A stretch of 52,937 bases of DNA, the filler included, from Catajapyx aquilonaris (Eukaryota), in assembly GCA_000934665.2 (NCBI GenBank). It is 3 parts of 3 records of this genome, joined end to end, with 100 filler letters (N's around TTAATTAATTAA, not from the genome) between each part and the next. Parts side by side here need not be neighbours in the genome. Positions count along the whole stretch, not along the records: positions 35,427 to 52,937 come from JYFJ02006926.1; 2 more parts are not named here. One strand, 5' to 3'. The notes under the pieces are model-generated. The model made no database searches and was not told the DNA's origin. It saw only the letters and a program-made list of their open reading frames with translations. Both the position numbers and the translations under genes were made by a program. Below, in pieces: positions 37,134 to 48,944 of the stretch. Each line of letters starts with the position of its first letter. Position 1 is the first letter of the stretch.

Positions 37134-37389
37134 GGCGCGCATTCCTATCCTTGTGAAGTTTTTCCAAAATTTAAAATTGAAAACTAACCTAACCTAACCT
37201 ACAAGGAAACACGCGAAATTTTGGTGAAAAATATTTTTACTGTCTTTATGAGGTATTTTTCGATTTTTCCCTATCCTTGTGAGGCGTGTGGTCACTATGA
37301 GGTACAGGAACTACCTTGTAATGACAAAATTCCTCACAAGGATAGGAAAAACGCGAAAAAAAATCCTCACAAGGATAGCAATGCGCGCC
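37134..37389. mobile_element. TIR MITE, possibly MULE-derived
   Basis: GGCGCGCATTCCTATCCTTGTGA / TCACAAGGATAGCAATGCGCGCC. Flanks CACACAGA / CACGCAGA. Internal AACCT repeats. Confidence 0.75.
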
Positions 37390-37558
37390 CACGCAGAAAA
37401 AAGAAAAGACAGAAAGGACATAGGGTGCAAAAAGAAAATAAAGAAAAGGCAGACAGGAAACAGGGGCCAACTGATTTGATAACAGTAGGATGTTTGGTGT
37501 CCTCACAAAAATTTCACTGTATCCCCCTTTCATTGTAAAGCTTTGCCTGTTTGAATAT

Positions 37559-37880
37559 TTACACAAGTTTAATATATTTGCTGCGTTCAAAAAAAAAAGG
37601 AAAAAAGTTTAAAACATCTGCTTTTTGTGTATTTGTAAATAGCATTGTGACCTGGTCTGGTGGATAACGAGGTATATCATATAAAAAGCTGTGCCTTGGT
37701 GTTGGGAAAAGCTGACATTCATAAATCAGGTGAATTATCGACACATTTGTTTTCCAATTGCACCAATCACAGACCCCCTCTGGGTTTAGCTTTATTACCA
37801 GCTGATTTTGAAATATTAAACTCATTGAATGATTTCTTAGATTTATCAGAAGACGTATGTGCGGTAAAGGTAAACACGGA
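37559..37880 (-). mobile_element. LINE 3' fragment (CCHC zinc knuckle)
   Basis: CDWCNWKTNVSIIHLIYECQLF matches the C-x2-C..H-x4-C motif of non-LTR ORF2 C-termini. Confidence 0.7.
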
Positions 37881-37946
37881 TTGAAATATTCTTACAGCTG
37901 GAAGTCATGCTTAATTGCTTTGCAATGTAAATCAAATACTGTACAG

Positions 37947-38433
37947 CAGGGGTATTCAACTAGTTTATGACAAGGTCCAGTATTTACCTTTCCTGGACCA
38001 TTGAAGGTCTGCCCCCCCCCCCACCCCCCCGGTAAAGATATGGATTTCATATGGTACAGCAGGGTTCATTTTTGAAAACAGAAACAAGTGCAGCAAGGGC
38101 AGAAGGGCCTATCAAGACATTTTCGCCCTTTATGAAGTCCTGTAGAGGCACGTAGGCAGAATTTTTTTTCCAGAGGGGCGCCCATTTCATAAGCACAAGG
38201 GGAACAAGTCGTATAGGGCAGGGAGCCAGCCCGCCACAGGCGAAATTTTTTTGTGGGGGTTCAAGGTCACACGAGCTTAGGTGAATGTGGGAGATTTGAA
38301 GCACTTTTTCCAAATAAATCATGAATTAGTAATTTCTAATGCTATTTCAAACTGTCCTGTATATTGTCGCGGTCCGGACAAAATTGCGTCGTAGTCCGGA
38401 TCCGGACCGCGGTCCGCCAGTTGAATAGCCCTG
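37947..38433. mobile_element. hAT MITE
   Basis: CAGGGGTATTCAACT..AGTTGAATAGCCCTG. Perfect 8-bp TSD CTGTACAG. Confidence 0.85.
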
Positions 38434-38849
38434 CTGTACAGTATCATATGATGTGTAGTTTAGAGGTCATCCCACCTTTACGAAGAAAAATAAGACTTTT
38501 TTTAAAAAGCTGCTGTACTCCAGACATGCCTTGGCCATCATTTCAGGATTCTGCTGAGTGGAGGGGAGTGTTATATTTGGTTTCCAGATTCTCTGTGATC
38601 TTATAAATTAGAGAGACCTACAGAAAAGTATGCACTATAGTTCTTAATCATAAATGGTAAGGGATTTTCAATGAAACAATTCATGTGATAACTACTGTTC
38701 CAACCTCTGTAATAATGAAATGCCTCATTCTCACTCAGCTCACCAAAGACTGTTTCTATTTTTAAATTATTACAATTTTTGAAACGTTCCTTTTTTGCAG
38801 GTCCTGTTGAAAGAAGTAAGCCCATCAAGACATTTGAGAAGAACAAGCG

Positions 38850-41800
38850 ATGGGCCCAAAGAAAAAAAGAAAGTTGTCAAGACACCCGCGAGATCGACCC
38901 AAGAAACCTAGTGCCCTACTGTCAGACCATGGCATTCTGCACCTGCGGAACTCTTTTGTGCTTCCTTCCAACCAGGATATGGGTCTCCTCAGCACAGTTG
39001 AAGGGAGTGACTCTTCCAGGGGGATGAGCAGAATACAGTTTGTCCCCAGGTATAAGCTAATTCCACAAATCTCCTCAATGGAAGGCGAGTATGTACTGGC
39101 CACTTGGTACGGGAGTAGGCGTAGCGCATACCGGCTGATGGGAGGCGAGAGAGGCCTACATTGTGTGTGGGGTGTCCATTTATTATTAAATTCCATAAAA
39201 TATGGCACAAATGAAATGAAATATTATGATATTTGAGCTATCAGTCTGGTGCAAAGTGTAAAGAATTTTTTTGCCTTCCTGCAAAGGGGACAAATACATG
39301 CACATATACGAGGGGCATTCATAAAATTCGTACCTTTGGGTTGAAGGAAAGGAGAGAATGGTTTATATTGCACATATATGTATTAGTCCTTCTCTCTATA
39401 TGAACCCTGCAGAGCCGCACATTTTGTAGCTCCTGCCAGTAGGCGATCCTCCTGCTGGCATAGCTCTTTATGGTCACGAGAGAAAGAGAAGGCCCCACCA
39501 CCATGGACAACAGAGGTTGAAAACTTTTTTCACGCACAAGTGTCGACTTCTACAATGATGGTGCCCTACAGGTCGTGCATCGCTGGGGAAAATGTGTGGC
39601 TTTGCAGGGTTCATATAGAGCAGGGGTGGGCAAAGTTTTCTTTTCGTGGCCCGGTCTCAAAATTCTAAACCATGGAGCAGGCCGGTAGCAACTACAAGCC
39701 ATGGCAAGTGACTACACAACAAACCTAGTGAAAAGCGGATGAAAAATGCTCACATAAAGGTGAGCTCACTTAATGCATTTAATGTGAAAAGTGGAGCTGT
39801 TTGAAGTTCCTCACAAGCCTTATGCCGTATTGTATTTGATAAATGAAATGTTAATCACATTAACCTTGTAGACTTCACATTTCGGCAGACGGACCAGTTC
39901 AAAGATGTCCACGGGCCATACTTTGCCCACCCCTGATATAGAGAGAAGTACTAATACATGTGTGCAATTGGAACCGTTTCTCTCCTTTCCATCAACCCAA
40001 AGGTACGACCTTTATGAACGCCCCTCGTATATTTTTGATGCTTAAAGGGACACTCCACTCAAAATACAAGTTGGGTTCTAAAAATCGGGCAAAAAATCCT
40101 GATTCCGAGGGTATAAGCAGTTTTTCTTAGAGACGAACGGTAAGGCCAGTGTGAAAGCTGGAAGTGTGTCGTTCGAAAACCGCGCGCGGGGAAGGTGGGT
40201 GCAGGTGGCGACGCCACCAGAGTGGAACCGGGCGGAACTAGAGAAAGCATCCTGGCGCGGCCAGGGTCCCCTACATGGTTGCCTCCCCCACCCTAACTGT
40301 CTAACTGTCTAGGTGGGGGAGGCACTCATGTAGGTGACCCTGGGCGCGGCATGCCCACTATACTTCTCCGGTTTGCCGCGAGATGCTGTTGTATCGCCCT
40401 TCTTAGCAGACGACGTGTGTAGACATATTATTTTCTGTGTTACCGTTGGGCGTAGGAAAAAACCGATTGCACATTCGGAATCAGGATTTTTTGCCCGATT
40501 TTTGGGGGCCAACTTGTATTTTGAGTGGAGTGTCCCTTTAAATGTGGATTTCCAATGATGGTCATTGGGAGACTTTAGAATCTTGAAACAGAGCTTGAAA
40601 CTTTTAGTCACTTGAGAAAGAAATTGCCGTAACAACATCACAACATTTCCCTATAAATGGCTAGTCAGCAATGAAGAAGGACTGAGAAGTTAATTAACAA
40701 ATGTAGGGCAAACACATTGCACACATTAATTAGCAACATTCAATGCAATGTAATTTATCAAAAACTTTGCAAACCTTTGGCAAACATGGTTGAAGCATAA
40801 TACTAACCTATTCAGCTGCATGCAGTGTACATGTGAATAAGAAAGGGTAGGGTAAATGTGCATTCCCACCCATGCCTCCCTGGTCAAGTACAAGTATTCT
40901 ATCACCCCCACAATTTATTTAGCACAGTGAAACCTTGATTCATCACTTTTGTTAGGGCTCCAGAAAAAAATCAATATACAGGGTGTTTATTGTAACTCTG
41001 CAAAGACTTACAGGGGTAATAGAGGGGAACAAGACAAGTATTTTTGACATAGGAACCCATGTCCGGAAACGCCATATAGAGGGGGTTCATAGACAAGAAG
41101 CGGGTGCGCCCAGGCGCGTCACGCGAGAGGCGCTAGGCGAGCGGACTGTTTTGTTGACAGATGGCGCTCGGATAGTAACCAACGATGCGATGTGCCATAA
41201 CGTGGCAACAACAGAGCCGTCTAGCAACTGAAGTCCGCCTCCTAGGAGACGCGCGGATAGTCAACAGCGGTTCAGTTGTTGCCAGGTTATGGCGTATCGC
41301 GTTGTTGTTTACTTACAACGACGCGATATGCCATAACCTGGCAACAACTGCGCGCCATCTATCAACAAAACAGTCCACTCGCCTAGTGCCTCTCGCGTGA
41401 CGCGTCTGAGCGCACCCGTTCGTTGTCTATGAACCCCCTCTAGATGGCGTTTCCGGACACGGGTTCCTATGTCAAAAATACTTGTCTTGCTCCCCTCTAT
41501 TACCCCTGAAAGTCTTTGCAGAGTTACAATAAACACCCTGTACACTGGAAGATGATAAATGCGGGAAGCTATATATGTATTATATCAGATTGTTCTGGGA
41601 CTCTCGGAATTGAACAATGAATCAAGGAAAACCAAACATCTGGGAACGCTAGGTTGTTTCCCTGTATTAGAATTGCCTGGCCTCTGGCTTTATACGTAGT
41701 TCACACTGAGCCAGCAGTTTAGGACAGTGATTAAAAGAGCCTGTTCTCATTCTATTGTCCCTGTAATTCGGCAAGTTGATTTTAAAGAAGTACAGGGTGT

Positions 41801-42436
41801 CTAGCAACCTGGAAAAGCTGGAAATATCAGGGAATTATAAGGAAATACGTTACCTGTCTGGAATCCTGACTGACGAGGAATCTGTGGTGACAGCAGTGTG
41901 AGCACCAGCCAGCCCCCTGATACAAATATGATACGGAAGTTTAATATAAAAGGCTCTGCTAGGCAGGGAACGTGACGCTGGTGCTCCTCCACAGCCGGCT
42001 ACTGGACGGTCGGTTCGGATTGGCCGCATTCGTAACCAACCCAAACCGCCCTCCGATGAAAGGATGGTTCCTTTCATCGGAGGGCATTCGCATGCTGAGG
42101 AAAGGACGGTTTGGGTTAGTTCCGAATGCGGCCAATCTGAACCGACCCTCCAGTAGCCGGCTGTGGAGGCGCACCAGCGCCATGTTCCCCGCCTAGTGGA
42201 GCCTTTTATATTAATCAACCTTCACAGGGCTAGGCTGGATGTGTCAGAGGGCTGGCACCAGCCATCTTCTCTTCACAACTGCCTTGCCACCGAATCCACC
42301 TTGGGTGGAAGTTCAGCACATCACCAGCTGATGCCTCTGACTTAGAGAAGAGTCAGAGGAAGCAAGGGAGGTGGGGAAGGAGGAGGGGTAGCTTATATAA
42401 TAATAATAAGAATAAGAATAAGAATAATAATAAGAA

Positions 42437-42467
<31 letters not shown>

Positions 42468-45400
42468 AAGAAGAAGAAGAATAATAATAATAATCCTTGG
42501 GTAGTGCGTGACAGTCTTGGGGTGTGCGGCATGGACCTTTATTGTATCGTTATTGTACAAGGTACAGTGTGACCTTGATTTTCGAAGCGCCCGGGGCCAT
42601 GGGCAGGATGACAGGAGGGATGTGCAAGGTGCAGTGCAATGTCTTGGCTGTGGTTGTTTTGTGAACTCTCCCGGGTGGTTTGTGTTATCGGAAATACCAC
42701 CTGAGACGAAGCCAGAGACGGCCTAACTCTGCACGAGATGAAGGAGGTGACCCTGGGCTGGGATCGAACCCGGGACCATAATATCCATGGGCGCATACGT
42801 TACCGCAGTGCCACTTCGCCTCCCTGGGAGGAGGGGTAGCTTGAGGCTCTTCGAGTCACATTACACCTCTTTCTGTGAACACAATTACGCAAATTTGTCA
42901 TTGAACTGCTCATATTTTGCAATGTTTGCCCAACACACGTCAATAGACACTGCACCATATAAGCCAGGGGTGGGCAAACCTTTTTCTCCGTAGGCTGTGT
43001 AGAGATTTTTTAAAAATTGACAGGCCACATCTAACAAAAGAAATTTCAACTTATAAAAAAGTTTTCAATTATACTGGGTGGACCAACTTCTAGTGTCGTT
43101 TTATAACGGCGATTAATAGCAGTGATTTTGTGATGATGTAGCAGCGACGTGTAAAATGTCCCACTTCGGCGCCATCGAAAATATTAGCTGCCAATAGCAG
43201 CACACAACATGTAATCAACCCTGCTGCTGGGTCGACCTGGAAAAAAGTAGGTGCACACATGATCTGAGATGCGCCTGGGTGAAATGCCTTCTTTGCGGAC
43301 TGCCAGATTGGCATTGGTGCCGCATGTGGTTGCACTCGTTGCAGCAGGTTCATTACATGTACGCTAATATTGGCAGCTAATATTTTCGATGGTGCCGAAG
43401 TGGGGCATTTTACACGTCGCTGTTACGTCAATCGTAAAGCGCTTGTATTAATAGCCGTTATAAAATGACACTTGAAGTTGGTCCACCCTGTATATCCATT
43501 GTTTTAAATTAACTTCCATTAATTGCATAAATTAGCATTAAATTCTCTGAAAATCGATAAAATTAGCTAAATACCAATACCAAATGTATATCAATGGAAA
43601 TTACCTGTATAAATTATTTTTTTTGTAAATTTAAAAGAATTAAAAGGAAAGGCCCGGGCATAAAATTTAGCAATTTTAATTTTTCAACATTTTCAGAATA
43701 CCGAAAATTTTGCACGTGCCGCATGAATTGTCTTCGCTGGTCGTAGTTTGCCCACCCCTGATATAAACTATACAAATCAAGGAAATTCGGTCAAATGAGC
43801 ACTGGAAAACCTGGAAATATCAATGGAATTTTTTTCCTTTGATTTGCTAGACACCCTGATAGTACTAACCCTTGCAGTGTGACAAGGCATCTTAACATTC
43901 AGGAAAGACTAGACTGCAAAGCTGCATATAAATGATGAAAAATTGTATTTTTTCAGTTCAATCGTGTATGGCTATGGCACAGATGCACCAGCAGTCGTCT
44001 TGCCAATCAACCAGAATACTGAAACCAGTACTGCAGAGAAGCCAGAGGTGTGCCACATGGCAGAGTTCCCAGCCAATGAAGAAGAATGTCGGGATACTTC
44101 TGGAATTGCTCAAAACTCATTTGAGAATGTACCTGAAGGAGCACCTCTAGCCACCCACACTGTAGGTCATTGCAGACTTCCAAGCAGAGTTTCATAAGCC
44201 AGCCTCTCCTTTGTATGAAGGAATGGCAATGCAGCATTGCAATTTTATGCAGCATTGAACATTAATAATAAGTGGTGAATGTAAGATTTGACCTGACTTT
44301 TTTGGAGTTACGGTCCTCCAAGTGGCAGCTAACGGAGAAAAACTGCTCGAAAATTGGCAAACAAACTCGGTTAAGTACACCCATGTATGGGAACTAAAAT
44401 GTACTCTAAATGTGGTTGGAATTGGAGGAGGTTGTGGCAAATTGGTGTGGAATGACTCATTGATATACAACATAAGGCTCTGGTGCACACTGATTTGAGA
44501 GTGCAAGGCCAGTGTAAGGCTTTTTCAAGTCATGATGACATCATTACATGTCACTCTGACGTCACTACACCACCCCTTATGCTACACCAGCTGATAAACG
44601 AATAGACCTAATAGGTGTCATTCACAGGCTTGGAATCTTACACACCCACTGCCTAGCTGCTTCACCTGTGTAAGATTCTACAGAGTGAATTTGGGATGCC
44701 ATCTCCTCCCCCACAGAGTCCAGCAAATTAGGTGCGAATCTTCGACGTCTCGCACAAACCTGAGGGTGCTATAATCTTCTAGAGCAGTGATTCCCAAACT
44801 TTTTTTGGTCGCGGCCCACGTTACATAGGGAAAATATCTCGCGGCCCACCTACGGGGGGGCGAAAGCCCGCCGCAGGCGGAATTTTTTTGGGGAGTTCAA
44901 GGTCACACGAGCCTAGGTGAATGTGGGAGATTTGAATGGGTGTGTATTTGAGGGAATTTGTCAAGTGTCACAGCTGGGCGAAAAAGACTCGACCCAATCT
45001 TTTGAGTGAGAGTCACCTCCCTTATTGAGAGCTGCAAAAATCATGCTACACATTATATGTATTTTTTTTACGTACTGTGCTCTTGCTCCTCATTTCGCAA
45101 GATCATTATTTCATAGTAAAAAAAAAAAATTTAAAGCTCGCGGCCCACTTGGAGGAGCCTCGCGGCCCATAGTTTGGGAACCAATGTTCCAGAGAAACTT
45201 TCTAATGGCGTTAATCCCTGATGGGGAAAGAACCCTGGGAGTAGTTAATTTTGTTTCTCTAAAATGTTATGATTTTTACTCTCACTGGCAGGACCCTGTT
45301 AACTCCCCTCTGCACGCACCCCTCCTGCAGGTTTGCATGAGACGTCGAAGATTCGGGCCTAAATAATGCTTGAGGGAGTGTGTATTACTGCTGTCAGAAG

Positions 45401-48400
45401 CAAGAAGACTGTAACTCAGTATCTACTTTCCCTTGCGGCGAGAAAATAAAGCAAGCGTTACGGAAAGCATCCAAGAGATGGAGTTGGGGTACCTGTTCCT
45501 TTTTCCCCCCCTACCCGAACACCACCTCTTGAATGCTTTCGGTAACACTTGCTTTATTTTCTCGCCACAAGGGAAAAAGTGGATAATGAGTTACGGCCTT
45601 CTTGCTTCTGACGCCATGTTACATGCCTACGAAATTGCTTTGAAAATTTTGTTTCATAGTGGTGGAAATTTCAGTGTTGATTAAAAAGAGATGTTTTTAC
45701 AAGGTCAAATTTATGCTTGTGGTTTGAGTACAAGTGAAGAGTCCAGGGGAAAAAGGGGGAATGTCAAATTCCATTGGGGTTCCTGCCAAGTGCACAGTAC
45801 AATAGTAGCGTAGGTGCCACTTATACCTGGAGGCTTTCCATGGGTACAAGGGGGACAGTTGCATATAATGACGTGAAGATATCCCTATTATTCCTTATAC
45901 ACGTGAAGAAATAAAGCAATTTCTTCGATTTCTCACGAACATTTTTTGTGTGACATTCCCCCTTTTTCCCCTGGACTCTTCAAGTAGAATCATGGCTTTT
46001 GAATCAACCCAAGTTTATAGGTTTCTTTCCATATTATTTTATTGCAACAATTTTTCCACAAGCTACATGTACAGTGTTGGACATTAATCGAGGCACACTG
46101 CTAGAGACATTTTCCGAAGCGGCAGAAGAAGGAATCTTGCTCGCCCGGCTTGCAGTATCCTTATCTTCGATTCCTTCTTCTGCCGCCTCGGAAAATGTTG
46201 CTAGCAGTATGCCTCGATTTATGTCCAACACTGTACGTGCAGTATCCCAAAGTTCCAAGAACCCAAGTTCTACAACAGATTGTAGGGCAATGTGTTGAAT
46301 TTTGATATTGAAGCAGTATTTAGCTGCATTGGTACAGAGGCTACATTATTGTTTCCCATTGTTTCACAGGAAGTCATCCAAATGGATATGGAAACAGCTG
46401 AGTTTTACTCCAGCTTGGGGCAGAGCACGCGATTACCAAATGGAGCCCATACTTCTCCTAGGGAAGAGCCACATGTGAAAGTAGAACCTACAACATCCAC
46501 TTCTCAGGATGCACGAGCAACTCTGAATCAGTACCTGGCCTATATCAAACAGAACAAGTATGACTTTCATGCATGGACTTACTTGATACAACATTGTGAA
46601 AACATGGTAAGGATTTTGGTACCTATACTAATAGGTAGCAGTGACTCAATTTTAAATTTGTTTTGCAGGGGGACCTAAATGTTTGCAGGCAGGTTTTCAA
46701 CTCCTTCCTGCCTCTATATCCTTACTGCTATGCATATTGGCAGCGTTATAGTGATCTTGAGAAGAGGCATCATCATACTGACAGGTAGATGAGTACCCTT
46801 ATTTGTACAGTGTAGTGGAAGCGGGGAGGTGGAGTGGCACTGAAAAAGGCGCTCTCCTGCTATACCGGCAGGGTACTGCACACACTACTTTGTACAGTAC
46901 CCTACCGGTGTAGCATGAGAGCGCCTTTTTCAGTGCAACCCGCAAAGCTAAAAAGCCGTTCAACCAGGTTCAACCCATGCTGCACTAGCCAGTCCCCACC
47001 AGTCAATTCGAACAGAAAGAATGTGACATCACGGCGTACGGTCGTAATAAATAAATTGATTACTGCCGTATTTCTGATTGTTTTATAAAAGCGACTGGGG
47101 TTGTTGCCACCTACGATTTTTTCCCCACCCCCTCCCGCGCACTTGACCCGTGCCTCTGAAACACCCTGTATATGAATTTTTTCCAATTATCTAGGTCAAT
47201 TGGGATGAGGAGTACAGATGGGAGTGTAGGTCTGGGATTTAGCGGTTTTGGCAGGTTCTGGGTATCAGTTGCAACTACGGAGATTTTTATAGTATTATGT
47301 AACATAGTTCATTCCTTCCCTTATCTACATTCACTAATCATACCTAATTTTCGCACAACCACATTAAGTTACCATCACGTGTCAGAGAGGACATTGCCTT
47401 TTGAAGGGCTCATACAATATTGTAATACTTATTTCATAGGGCCCTTGCAATATTGGAGCGGAGTGTGGAGGCAATCCCTCTATCATCTGAACTGTGGCTT
47501 GGTTATCTGGAGCTTTACTATCAGTGCAACAAGGAGAAAGCTGATGTAGAAGTGTTGGTCCGGAGGTTAGTTACAGTAAGCCTTACTAGTTGAGGCAATC
47601 AATATGTGACACCTTAATTTATCTGCCAGTTAACGAGTACACTTAAGTCAATACATTGGTAGTAATCAACTATGACTTGACATTTTCTAGGAAATATGAG
47701 AGGGCAATGAGGACTGTTGGGGATCACTTTTGCTGTGACTCTCTCTGGGATGCTTACATCAAGTGGGAATCTGACCATGGCCAGCTGGAAAGAGTTACAG
47801 GATTATATCGCCGCCTACTCAAGATTCCAACCCGACTTTATAACAGACACTGGGATAAGTAAGTCTGATATTTCGCTTCCCCGAATTTTTTTCCTATAGA
47901 CTGGAGAATACTGTATACCAACAGTTTTATGGTGAAGTCACCACTATATTTTAAAGGGACACTCCACTAAAAAAACAAGTTGGGTTCTAAAAATAGGGCA
48001 AAAAAATCCTGATTCCGAGGGAATGAGCAGTTTTTCTGATAGACGAACGGTAAGGCTAGGGCGAGCCGTGAAAGTCTCAGAATTTGCGTCGTCTGCTAAT
48101 GAGCTGCCCCGCCAGTCTAGCCAGCCCCACTAGTCCGCACCGCCACCGTGTACTAGGCGAAACTGGTTTAGTCCTGAAAGTCAGGTCGGGAGGTGGCCGG
48201 ATGAAGACTGTGGCACGGACCAAGATAGCGTCGACCGGCGTAGACCAAAGGTGGCTGAGGATTATCCCAATTTCTGCCCAGACCTGGGAGAGACGCTGCT
48301 CTTTTGTGCCAGATTTGAATTGCCGAACTTCGACGGCTAGCCCTGCCCTTACCGTTCGTCTCTCAGGAAAACTGCTTATACCCTCGGAATCAGGATTTTA

Positions 48401-48895
48401 TGTCCGATTTTTAGAGCCCAACTTGTATTTTGAGTGGAGTGTCCCTTTAAATAAACATTCACCTTGCATTTCTTAGTGGTGCTGTAGGGAAATATTTCTT
48501 TCTCCCTCTCCCTCTCTCTCAAGAACGCTACTAATGCTAAGAATGTACCGAAGCAGTGGTGGCGGAGGGGATATGGTATCCGACTGCTAATCGGGAGGTC
48601 CTGGGTTCGAATCTCGGTGCCGGAAACTCTAACCGTGGTTTTCTGTGGTTTCCCACGGTTCCTCCAGGAGAATTCTGGAGTTGTTTCCTAAACTAATAGG
48701 CCACAGCCGCCTCGGCTGTGGCCTATTAGTTTAGGAAACAGCTCAGTTTCCTGCACCGAGATTCGAACCCAGGACCTCCCGATTCCTATCCTTTCCTATC
48801 CTAAAAAGTGCAGTAAAACTGAAACGAAGAGTTCCAGTCAAAAAAAAATATCCCCCCTAAAGAGCCGCAGGCTGATAAAAATGGGGTAGGAATTA

Positions 48896-48944
<49 letters not shown>

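Larger units (their letters stand above)
41793..43858. mobile_element. TIR MITE expanded by nested insertions
   Basis: CAGGGTGTCTAGCAA..TTGCTAGACACCCTG ends, with CTGGAAA/GGAAATATC subterminal repeats at both ends. TSD not clean. Confidence 0.6.

Noticed and set aside
40983..41545. Mirror-image ORF pairs on both strands (also 41959-42196, 45999-46298, 49327-49566)
   Set aside because: A consequence of palindromic MITEs.
42740..42826. tRNA-like sequences (also ~1740-1815, 48547-48620, 50030-50107, 51540-51612)
   Set aside because: They continue into SINE bodies, mostly with tails and TSDs, and are not tRNA genes.
43932..44150. Alternative frame MAMAQMHQQ... in PRP39 exon 2
   Set aside because: It stops before the donor site. 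The acidic frame is the one phase-compatible with both flanking exons.
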